NCBI GenBank assembly: GCA_965112735.1
Contig: OZ218952.1
Span: forward strand, 5,146,001-5,210,000
Source of the DNA: Phaeosaccion multiseriatum
Lineage: Eukaryota; Protista; Ochrophyta, other classes
Length of the DNA: 64,000 bases
Direction of reading: 5' to 3'
Shown piece after piece: positions 13,104 to 24,500 of the stretch. The position numbers were made by a program, and so were the translations under genes. Within the stretch, counting starts at the first letter, position 1, and every line of letters starts with the position of its first letter. The notes under the pieces were generated by a model that was given only the letters and a program-made list of their open reading frames with translations, was not told the DNA's origin and ran no database searches.

Positions 13104-13969
13104 GGGCGGTGTGCGCCAGACGCGCGGGCACGAGCAAGAGGGACGTGTGTTTATTTTTGCTGTACATACATGGGGTTTAAAGGGCGCCGGGGAGCAGGGG
13201 CGGACTCTACGGGCCACGACGGCGACGAGGCCTCAGAGATGTCGCATGCTGTGAGAGAGGCGTGCGTAGAGCTCAGTGCTTTGATGCCGTGGAGTGGGAG
13301 GCGGAGAAGGGAGGCGGAGGGGCAGCGGCTGGCACATCATCGCTTGCTCCTGCGCCACAGCGGAAGGCGGTCGGGAGGGAGGGAACCACAAGGGCTCACA
13401 AGCAGGCTCCTTGGCGCTCTGTTGAGAGCAAGTGTCACACCCTATGCCGTATTATACCGTGTCACACCAGATGCCGTGTGTGCTGGAACGGGGCGGGGGG
13501 AGAGGGGGGCGCGGCAAGGATCCATCCTCTCGGCCTCTCGCCCCGCCGGCCACACATGGAGGCACACTTGGAGGCTCACATGGAGGCACACATGGAGGCT
13601 CGGTGCTGCTGTGGGAGGGTCGGCGCTGCGTCTGCGTGAAGTGCCACGCCGGCTCGGAGCCCGCCACTGCCCTTCCTGGCTGCTCTGCCTTTCCTGTGGC
13701 TCTGACCACGGAGCGACGCGGAGGACCGCCAAGTGGGAACAAGGGCTCCACCACAAGCCACAAGCTCTCTCTCTCTGTAAATACTCAAACATGCTGCCAT
13801 ACGCTGCCATACGCTACCATACGCTTTATTTATGTACAAGGCCTCGGGGGTGGTGCGCCTCCACAGGCCCATACAGCCAATAGAACAATACACAGTGGGA
13901 GGAGTATGAAAAGAAATGAGAAATGACACGGCCAGGAAGAGACACACAAAGCCACCCCCCCCCTCTCTC

Positions 13970-15430
13970 TCAAAACTTGTCCTTTCTTTTCCGAGCGGTG
14001 AACTTGGAGTCTGGCCGCACATCCTTGCCTTGCTTACGCTGCCTCTCCTTCTTGGCCACAACCCAGTCCTTGGTCTTGACCCCAGCCCGGCCTTTTCTCT
14101 TGGCACCCTTGCGCTGCGACCCCCCCCCACCGCCGCTGCTGCTGCCCCCCGCTCCACCCCGCTCCACCACTCCCACGGTGCCCCTCCCTCTGGCGCCCCC
14201 CTCGCCGCTGCTGAGGCCCGAGGGGGCCTTGTAACCGTGGTCAAAGCTCAGCACGAGGTAGTGCTTTTTGGCCTTGGACGAGTTGGGATAGTCCACCACT
14301 AGACCGCCAGCAAAGCCCGCCTGCGCCGCGCATGCAGATACCAGCATGGCTTGCTCGGGACTCTCTGTGGTGAGGGAGTAAAGCAGGGGGGGGGGGGGAG
14401 CGGCGGTCAAAGCTGCTGCTGGAGTCTCGTCGCTGGAGGGCGAGGAAAGGAGAGGCCGGAGGCCGGAGCAGAAGCGCACCAGGAATGCCAATGCTAGGAA
14501 GGGATGGATTGTAAGGGAGCCGCCTCCCCATTCGGACAAGACACATGGAGGCAAGGGTGTGAGTCCTCATGAAGGAAGGTGAAACGAGATGCCTCGGACG
14601 GCCCCTGGGAACAGCTAGACACAGAGAGGGCTTCGATGGGGAGGTAGTGTAACCCCCCCCCCCCTGCTGTGGGTGGAAACGTACCCGGGTAGAACTGAAG
14701 CGCTGCCCGTCCATTCCTCTTGAGGACTCCGTACAGACTGGCGAAGAAGCGATTGAGCCTCACCTTGGACACCTCGTCGGTCTTCTGCGAGTAGCACAGC
14801 CACTGCAGGGCGGACACGCTGATGCAGCCGTCGAAGGTGGCGGGCTGGAAGGGCAACCCGGTACCCATATCATGCTGCATCAGGTCACCTGCGGAGTAGC
14901 ATGGAGCGAGAAGCGGTTAGTAGTAGAGGCCAGGAAGAGGGCATAAGGGGGGGGGGCTTGCGACAGTACGAGGCAGAGCCTTCGTATAGAGCAGAACGAC
15001 ATGAAGGACAAAACTGCTCTCAGCCTCTCTGCGTCCGCGACAGACCTGCCGAATCCTCCACATCATTGGCCACATCCAGCATGTCCCTACTGATATCCAT
15101 GCCCAGCCATACGTGCCCAGCCTCCTCCAGGCAGGCACCGCTCAGCCCACTGCCGCACCCGACATCCAGCACATAGGCCGGCTGCCCCGCCTGAGGACGG
15201 AGGAGGAAGTGTGCAGCGCAGAGGGGACAGAGGCGTGGCTTCAGCTGTGGAATGACGAGACACAGGACTGCAACGGAGCTGCAGGCACTCACGGGAAGGG
15301 CCAGCAGCTCTATGCATCGCTCCGTAATCTCCCTCTGGATGTTGACCATCCGGCTACTGCTGTGGTACTTCCTTGCCTCCGACTCATTGTAGAAGAGCTC
15401 TGGAGGCCGCTGGAGCTCCGGGCGGCTCAT
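13970..15430 (-). CDS. BUD23: 18S rRNA guanine-N7 methyltransferase Bud23/WBSCR22
   Basis: Spliced exons give [89 protein letters not shown] and the C-terminal [12 protein letters not shown], all diagnostic of the family. Confidence 0.95.
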
Positions 15431-15607
15431 GGCGTTGGTTTTCTTTCTTTTAGCTGCGCCCACCCGATCCCCACCTCCAAGCCAGTAAGTCAGTAGGTGC
15501 CTTGAGCTGCCATCGGCAGTTCAGCCTCATAGCTCTAAACGTCGTCTCCAGAGCCAGGAGCGCAGAGGTAGAGAGCGGCACAGTAGGCGAAGATCGGCCG
15601 TGCAGCA

Positions 15608-17132
15608 ATGCATACCGCTGCAGACGACGACATCAGGAGCTGCAGTGTGAAAGCAGATGGCATCTATTGGAACGCCATCGAGGAGGGCCTCCGCGAGGCC
15701 CGAGAAGTGCGGCGCAAGCGGGTGGAGCACATGGTGGAGCAGCAGGACCAGCAGAGAAAGGGGTGAGTGGATAGCCTAGCGGCGAGCGCGACGTGGCTGT
15801 GAAAGACAGGGTCGCTCCCGATTAGCTCCTTGAGGAGGTGACTGGCCTTTGCAATACCACCCCTGCTGAAAACCTTCTCCATCCCCTTCCCACGCTGCTG
15901 TCGCTCCACGCGTGTCTATGCACCAGAGTCCGCAGCGCGGGGGCGACGGCTCGGGTGGAGACTGCCGAGATTCTCCGGGTGGAGTTGCAGGAGTTCCATG
16001 AAATGGTACGCAGGCAGGAGATGGCCGAGCAGGACAGCTTCGAGTCGAGGGTCAAGGTGAGAGGGGTGCTGCGCTTTCGGCGAAAGGTGCCTGGTGACTG
16101 GCGCCCCTAATCCCCCCCCTCCCCTCTCTCTCTCTGTCCTGTCTTCGTTCTCGGTAGGTCGGACTGCTCTCTCGGAGCATCGGCCAGGCCGAGCTGACCT
16201 TCTTTCGGAACCGCTTCCGTCATACACATAACTCCTTCCATGTGCTGCAGCGCGCAGAGATGAACGAGATCCTCAGCGCTCAGCCCACGCGCATCCTGGC
16301 GCTGATCCGCTCTCACATTGTCAACAGACGCAAGACGCGCTGGATGGCACACGAACAGCCCACAGAGCCCAACGTGTGCCTCATGGAGGAGACGCTGGGC
16401 AGTTTAGCGCGTCTCACCTTCAAGAACAAGGACAAGTGCGACGCCGTGTGGCCCCTAGAGGACGGCCTCCGGGCGGTGCTGGAGGGCATGGCCATGTACA
16501 GCCACTGGCCCTTCGTGTTGGAGAATGGGCTGGTGCTGCTGCACAACTTGTGCGTTGCCACTCCGCCCGCCGTAGAGCGCCTCCTCAGGCTCGGCGCTCT
16601 CGAGCAGGTTGTCGAGGTGCTGAGGAGCTTGGAGAAGCTGCCCAACAGGGAGGGACAGTTGCGGGACACGCAGCAGAGGCGGCTATGGCAGCAACGACAG
16701 GCCCGACTGCACATGGAGGGCGAAGACGAGAGCGGCGCGGCCCAGGAGTGGCAAGCGGCCGGGCAGGAGGCTGATGAACGGCCCACGCCGGATGAGCCTC
16801 GACCGAGGACCAACGCCCCGTCGGGAGGTGTGCACCCTGAGACAACCCTGGACGTCAAGTACGCCACGGGGCTGTACGTGTCCACCTGCAGGGTCCTGGC
16901 AGCGCTGTGCTCGCAGTCTCGCTCGGCCCGCTCGTCGGCCGTCCGCCTGGGCGCCATACCCTCTCTGTGCGCGCTGCTGCAGAGCTGGCCGCGGCCACAG
17001 GAGTCTCTACTGGTGGCGGCGGGGAGGGCCATTTGCGCGCTGCTGGCGGGCGTGGAGGAGCACAAGGCGCGCCTCGACGATGGCCTCGGCGGACACGCCG
17101 TCACGCACTTCCTCGGAGTCATCAAGTGCTTC

Positions 17133-17194
<62 letters not shown>

Positions 17195-18179
17195 CCATCG
17201 GGTTCTGCTGGCCCCAACAGGAAGGGGTCCAGGCCTGACTCTGCATGCACCTTCGTTTCTGTGCCCCTCCTCCCCCTCTGCAGCACACAGGGCAGCCCGT
17301 CCATCGTGTGTCGGCAGGGGGCCGCTGCAGTGGTGGCGCAGAGCTTCGATGTGCTGCGGCTTATGTTGACCCTCAATGAGGCAGAGACCATCCGAAGACC
17401 CTCAGGAGCGGCGGTGGCGGCGGCGGAAGACGCACCGGAGGGTAGCGGCGGCCCTGCGCTCCCCCCCACCCCAGCCACAGAAACCTCCGCCAACCTTAAC
17501 GCCGACAAGAAGGCCCCACATAAGGCCGCGACCAAGGCCCAAGGGGGGAGGGCCCAGGATGCAGATGCACACGCAAATGCAGGCGGGAGGCTTGCCCCAG
17601 CAGTCGAGACTGCGAGCGAGAGCCACCTACAGCGCAAGCAGCAGCAGCTGAGCCGCCGCCGGAGCTCTTTGATCCGCCACGAGCAGACGGTGGAGGAGCA
17701 GCTGCATGGGCTGGGCAGGCGTGGCGTGCGGCAGATGGTGGCGGCCGTACGCTTCCACATACACGACCCCGTTGTGTCAGTGGCGGGCTGCCAGGCGCTG
17801 TTTGCGTACCTGCGCTTGAGCCAGGAGGCGTCGGCGGAGAGCCGGGAGGCAATCTTTGGAGCGGCCGGGTCCATCCTCGCGGGGCGCGACGACCGCTCCA
17901 GCCTGCTGGTGGCGCGGCTGCTGCTGGACTGCATCGAGCTCGACATGAAGGTGGCGCCGGTGGTGTGGGTGTCTCTGGCGAGCCTGGCGTGTTTGCACGG
18001 CATGGACAAGTATGCCCTGCCCTTTGTCTTGAGGGCCAAAGGTACGTGGTTTGTCATGGTTCATCTCTAGGCGAGTGGGCCGCATGGGGGATTGCTAAAG
18101 AAGGACTAGGAGAGCGGGGTGCCTTTTCAATCTCCAGCTCGAACAGACGGCTCGGCCCCGCATAATCTCGGCCCCTCCC

Positions 18180-18276
<97 letters not shown>

Positions 18277-18558
18277 ACCTCTCTCTCTATAAATATCTCA
18301 CACTATCTCTCTCTCTCTGTCCCAGGCGGGAGCGGCATGCTGGTGCGTGTATTGCGCGACAATCTCCGCCACCCCGCGGTGCTGGAGCAAGCCTGCCGCT
18401 TGATCCAGCTCGTGAGCAGCACCAGCTTCGAGTGCAAAGCCGCCCTCTTCCAGATGAGCGCCGTGGAGGCCATCAACAAAGCCATGTTTCTGCACAGCAA
18501 GCACAGAGGCGTGCAGATACTCGGCCGCAGAGCCAAGGGCGTCTTCGCCGGCCTGTGA
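15608..18558 (+). CDS. Armadillo-like alpha-helical repeat protein, function unknown
   Basis: Approximate exons 15608-15762, 15926-16056, 16251-17134, 17291-18041, 18325-18558 with GT-AG ends. ARM-like segments such as VLENGLVLLHNLC, LGAIPSLCALLQ, VSVAGCQALFAYL, AVLEQACRLIQLV. Exon boundaries are approximate. Confidence 0.6.
18179..18272. repeat. (CTGT)n intronic microsatellite, representative of many in the window
   Basis: Directly visible. Others: (GT)n at 1463, 2809, 17135, 49949, 56584; (GAGT)n at ~46800-47000 and ~61195-61430; (TACA)n at ~54690-54845; (CCT)n at ~46353 and ~59024; 30-bp minisatellite at ~2968-3080. Confidence 0.9.
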
Positions 18559-21553
18559 GCCTCACTGGGCAAGGAACCGTGTGAGGTACGCACACACAGC
18601 GCTTTTGCTTGTTTACTTGTGGTGAAGTACAGCGACCCTGGGGCTGCAGCTGGCCCAGCTCAGCACTTTCTTCCCTTCTCGGTATGGCGATCATGTGAAG
18701 AAGTGCAGCGAATAGAAAGGGACGTGCTTGGGGGCATTCTCCTCCTGAGACCATCATCTTTGAATATTCCCGAGGGGTACCTCAGATGAAAGTGTGGTTC
18801 GGCACAGAGACTTGCGCGCGAGTACCATCTCTGCTCTCCTCTCACCTCTCCCTCTCGGAGGATGAAAAGGCCGCCAGAACGAACGAGGAGAAAGAGACGC
18901 AGCTACGTGCCCCTCTCTGGACGCGCCGCCATGTACCCTGCCCAGTCTTGCAGAGGGGTAGTGCGTAGGAGCGGCGGCAGTGCCTCTCGAGGGCTGAAAG
19001 GGGCCCAATGCTGGCGACGCAGTGAAGAGAGCTGGGCCGCAGCCTCGACCCCCTGACCTGTGAGTGCGTCACCTCGGCTGTGGGAGGAGAAGGTCATGTC
19101 GCTGAATGATGACCTTCTTTTACAGCCAGCTGTGTACTCGGGCAGGAGGAGGAGGAAGAGGAGGAAAAGGAGGAAGAGAGGTAGTGGCAGGAGTGGCGCT
19201 CTATCAAGTGCCATCCGCGACGTGCTCATGCGGGGCAAAGAGGCCTTCGCCGCAGAGGCGTGCGCTGCCTGACATGCTGCAGAGGCTGCTGGGCTGAAGG
19301 GACGGCAGCACATGAAAATTTCGGCACGCTTGGAAGGAAGTACTGCATGCTCGGTCTATCCTTCGTCGCAGGTGAGGGAGATGTGGGGAGGGTGGATGGA
19401 AGGGAGAATGGGCCCAGCGAGAAATCCAACAACAGCTCGACACGGTGCAGGCGGAGCAGCGAGAACGACGCCATGTGCGTGCCCGGACCCAATCAGAGAG
19501 AGCGCACGAGTAGCTAGGGCTGTGGAGTAGGGACGGGACCGCGCGGGAGAGCTGTTTGCTCAGCAGTCGCGGCGTCATTGCGCAGACGGTGCGGGAGGCG
19601 AGGACCGTGCTGGTGGGCATCTTGGGCGGACGGCGCCTCGGTGGGCTCTGCAGGGGGGGCTGACACCGCTTCGGGCGGTGCCGCTGGCACCACGTCTGTT
19701 CTCTTTCTCGGAGTCGGCGGCAGCCAAAGGTAGGGGGAGGCGGGAGGCAGCGCTCATCGTGGATTGGTTGGCCGTGCCTTTCAACGATATGGTGCTCCTG
19801 CGCTCCTGCGCAAGGCGAGGCCTCAGGGGTGTGCGTAGCCATCCGTGCGGAGGGAGCGGGACCGCCTCAAGCAAGTCTCGCTCTCGCACACTCACTCACG
19901 CGCTGTGACACTCGTCGACCCTCGGCATTCCGAAGGAGAAGGAGCTGAGAGGTGAGCTTGCTTGAGATGTTGACCTGCGCCGCTGCACTCCGAGCACGAG
20001 GGACCAAGGGCCGTGTCCGCTTCGAGCAGCCCGGGATGCAAGTCTTTGAGTCGCCGTGCCTCACGCCCCCTCCCTCCTCCCTCCTTCCCCCACCAATAGA
20101 TCAAGATAGAAGCCTGCCCGAAGAGGGCGCGGAGCTGGCAGGTGCTGGCTACCAAGGCCGAGCAGCGCGACAAGGCGGACGAGCTCGACAGCCTCGGGGC
20201 TCGGGGCGGAGGCGCAGTATATATGAATACGACGAGCGGGGCGGCAGGTTCTTCACCTCCATTGCGTACCTGCAGCGGGACGACGAGGAATACCGCCACA
20301 GAAGGCACTTGATGGCGGAGGGGGGCAGGAGGAACGAGGGGGCTGCCGAGGTGGTACAAATGTTACAGAGAGTGAGGGGAGGGAGAGAGAGGAAGACAAA
20401 GGGAGATGTGTCATTTCTTGAAGATTTTCGCAAACTAATTTGGGAACCAGGATCCTCCCGGAAACATAGAAAGAAGTCGCGTGTTACGGACACAGCCAGA
20501 ATCGAGTCTTTTACAAGGTAACAGTAATCCTCACCTCCCAACCGTTTTAGAGACACCCCCCCCTTCCACCCAAACTACTGTTTAGCGAGTTTTGCACACG
20601 CATCGTGTTGCCTTCGTTGCCTTCTGACTCCTGCGACCTCTGAACCTCTATCAAGTTCAGTTCGATGGCCCAAGAGCGGGTGGAACCCTACAATGAAACT
20701 CGTAACTTGCGTTGTCCCAGCAAGGCTGGACTTTTAAAAAAAGAAAACGACTGTCGTTTTCTTACTGTAAGTACCCTCGACACTACAAAATGAAAACTGA
20801 AAAAAGATATGAGAAACCCCCCATTCGCATTTTTTTCGTGTTGTGAGCCCTTGGTGAGAATCTTTTCTGATAATTCTTTTCTACGCCTAGCTTTGCTTAG
20901 GCACTACGCCGCCTACTCCATCACAAGTCCCGCAGCAGCACCTCAACAAGGGGCAGCAGGGGCAGGAGCAGGAGGGAGGTGCCACAGCAGTAGCAGCCAG
21001 CTGTAGGCCTTACTAGTGGAGCGAGCGAGGAGAAGAGGAGCGAGGGAAGAGGAAATTATTGGGGGGGGGGGGTTGCGCCACTTTCAGCCCCGGCCGCAGC
21101 CCAGCAGCACAATTCAGGGCAGCGAGAAGGGAAGTGCTCCTTGAGCTAGCTACAGCAGCCAGTCCGAGCGAAGACCCGGCCGACGAGGCAGGTGGTCAGG
21201 ACGAGGAGCGGCCAGCGGCCAGCCAGCGACCGAGCGAGCCAAGCAACAAGGAGCCAAGCAACAACAAGCAAAAGCAGGAGAAAGGACAGCGGCGGTCGCT
21301 CGGTGCACAGAGGAACATTGGGGTAGTTGAGGGGACCTCCGAGTCCTCAACTTAGCTACTCCTGCTGCATCATCCCCGCCCCCCCCCCGGCCTGGCCTGA
21401 CCTGACTGTCTGCCTGCCATCATCCCGGCCGTGGCTGGGCTGATGATTGCCCGGGCGATTGGCTGGCCCTGACATCACCCCCATTCTCTCCTCCTCGTCG
21501 CTCCACCACCCACACCAGTGCCACTCCTCCTCTCGCAGACGAACAGAAACAAG

Positions 21554-24500
21554 ATGGAGCTCTCTCTGCGACGCGCACTGCGCCTGATGCTACTGTCAGT
21601 GGTGGTGTTGGGACAGCAGATCGGCACAGTTCACGGCAAAGGTAAGCAGAGCCTTGTTGCCTTGGCGCCCCTGCTGCAGCCAGCTGGATGTTGAAGCAAG
21701 AACACACTAACTCAGTCGGTCCCGAAGAAGAATGGAGCTGTAGCCGGCGATACAGCCGGCCGAGCGAGGGGAAAGTGACTAGGCAGTCAGCACTTGAGGG
21801 CGGCAGTGAGGATTGGCTGGGCAGCCATTGCCTGGCTCGCGGCAATCAACGGCCGTGGCTGGGCGGGGGAAACAACCTGGGAAGTTAAGCAAACCCCTGG
21901 TGACTTCTGCAAAGCATCAGCAGCCAGCACCAGGCGAAGATTAAACTGCTCCTCCTCCTCCTCCTCCTCCTCCTGCTCCTCCTCCTCCTCCTGCTCCTGC
22001 TCCTCCTCCTCCCCCTCCTCCTCATCCTCCTCCTCCTCCTCCTCCTCCTCCTCCTCCTCCTCCTCCTCCTCCTCCTCCTCCTCCTCCTCCTCCTCCTCCT
22101 CCTCCTCCTCCTCCTCCTCCTCCTCCTCCTCCTCCTCCTCCTCCTCCTCCTCCTCCTCCTCCTCCTCCTCCTCCTCCTCCTCCTCCTCCTCCTCCTCCTC
22201 CTCCTCCTCCTCCTCCTCCTCCTCCTCCTCCTCCTCCTCCTCCTCCTCCTCCTCCTCCTCCTCCTCCTCCTCCTCCTCCTCCTCCTCCTCCTCCTCCTCC
22301 TCCTCCTCCTCCTCCTCCTCCTCCTCCTCCTCCTCCTCCTCCTCCTCCTCCTCCTCCTCCTCCTCCTCCTCCTCCTCCTCCTCCTCCTCCTCCTCCTCCT
22401 CCTCCTCCTCCTCCTCCTCCTCCTCCTCCTCCTCCTCCTCCTCCTCCTCCTCCTCCTCCTCCTCCTCCTCCTCCTCCTCCTCCTCCTCCTCCTCCTCCTC
22501 CTCCTCCTCCTCCTCCTCCTCCTCCTCCTCCTCCTCCTCCTCCTCCTCCTCCTCCTCCTCCTCCTCCTCCTCCTCCTCCTCCTCCTCCTCCTCCTCCTCC
22601 TCCTCCTCCTCCTCCTCCTCCTCCTCCTCCTCCTCCTCCTCCTCCTCCTCCTCCTCCTCCTCCTCCTCCTCCTCCTCCTCCTCCTCCTCCTCCTCCTCCT
22701 CCTCCTCCTCCTCCTCCTCCTCCTCCTCCTCCTCCTCCTCCTCCTCCTCCTCCTCCTCCTCCTCCTCCTCCTCCTCCTCCTCCTCCTCCTCCTCCTCCTC
22801 CTCCTCCTCCTCCTCCTCCTCCTCCTCCTCCTCCTCCTCCTCCTCCTCCTCCTCCTCCTCCTCCTCCTCCTCCTCCTCCTCCTCCTCCTCCTCCTCCTCC
22901 TCCTCCTCCTCCTCCTCCTCCTCCTCCTCCTCCTCCTCCTCCTCCTCCTCCTCCTCCTCCTCCTCCTCCTCCTCCTCCTCCTCCTCCTCCTCCTCCTCCT
23001 CCTCCTCCTCCTCCTCCTCCTCCTCCTCCTCCTCCTCCTCCTCCTCCTCCTCCTCCTCCTCCTCCTCCTCCTCCTCCTCCTCCTCCTCCTCCTCCTCCTC
23101 CTCCTCCTCCTCCTCCTCCTCCTCCTCCTCCTCCTCCTCCTCCTCCTCCTCCTCCTCCTCCTCCTCCTCCTCCTCCTCCTCCTCCTCCTCCTCCTCCTCC
23201 TCCTCCTCCTCCTCCTCCTCCTCCTCCTCCTCCTCCTCCTCCTCCTCCTCCTCCTCCTCCTCCTCCTCCTCCTCCTCCTCCTCCTCCTCCTCCTCCTCCT
23301 CCTCCTCCTCCTCCTCCTCCTCCTCCTCCTCCTCCTCCTCCTCCTCCTCCTCCTCCTCCTCCTCCTCCTCCTCCTCCTCCTCCTCCTCCTCCTCCTCCTC
23401 CTCCTCCTCCTCCTCCTCCTCCTCCTCCTCCTCCTCCTCCTCCTCCTCCTCCTCCTCCTCCTCCTCCTCCTCCTCCTCCTCCTCCTCCTCCTCCTCCTCC
23501 TCCTCCTCCTCCTCCTCCTCCTCCTCCTCCTCCTCCTCCTCCTCCTCCTCCTCCTCCTCCTCCTCCTCCTCCTCCTCCTCCTCCTCCTCCTCCTCCTCCT
23601 CCTCCTCCTCCTCCTCCTCCTCCTCCTCCTCCTCCTCCTCCTCCTCCTCCTCCTCCTCCTCCTCCTCCTCCTCCTCCTCCTCCTCCTCCTCCTCCTCCTC
23701 CTCCTCCTCCTCCTCCTCCTCCTCCTCCTCCTCCTCCTCCTCCTCCTCCTCCTCCTCCTCCTCCTCCTCCTCCTCCTCCTCCTCCTCCTCCTCCTCCTCC
23801 TCCTCCTCCTCCTCCTCCTCCTCCTCCTCCTCCTCCTCCTCCTCCTCCTCCTCCTCCTCCTCCTCCTCCTCCTCCTCCTCCTCCTCCTCCTCCTCCTCCT
23901 CCTCCTCCTCCTCCTCCTCCTCCTCCTCCTCCTCCTCCTCCTCCTCCTCCTCCTCCTCCTCCTCCTCCTCCTCCTCCTCCTCCTCCTCCTCCTCCTCCTC
24001 CTCCTCCTCCTCCTCCTCCTCCTCCTCCTCCTCCTCCTCCTCCTCCTCCTCCTCCTCCTCCTCCTCCTCCTCCTCCTCCTCCTCCTCCTCCTCCTCCTCC
24101 TCCTCCTCCTCCTCCTCCTCCTCCTCCTCCTCCTCCTCCTCCTCCTCCTCCTCCTCCTCCTCCTCCTCCTCCTCCTCCTCCTCCTCCTCCTCCTCCTCCT
24201 CCTCCTCCTCCTCCTCCTCCTCCTCCTCCTCCTCCTCCTCCTCCTCCTCCTCCTCCTCCTCCTCCTCCTCCTCCTCCTCCTCCTCCTCCTCCTCCTCCTC
24301 CTCCTCCTCCTCCTCCTCCTCCTCCTCCTCCTCCTCCTCCTCCTCCTCCTCCTCCTCCTCCTCCTCCTCCTCCTCCTCCTCCTCCTCCTCCTCCTCCTCC
24401 TCCTCCTCCTCCTCCTCCTCCTCCTCCTCCTCCTCCTCCTCCTCCTCCTCCTCCTCCTCCTCCTCCTCCTCCTCCTCCTCCTCCTCCTCCTCCTCCTCCT

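Noticed and set aside
18750-20521. Possible gene including ORF 19952-20521
   Set aside because: GC-rich with some splice-like sites, but no consistent frame or recognisable domain could be assembled. Left unresolved.
20781-20790. CACTACAAAA as a CACTA transposon end
   Set aside because: No matching TTTTGTAGTG end or En/Spm transposase was found in the window.
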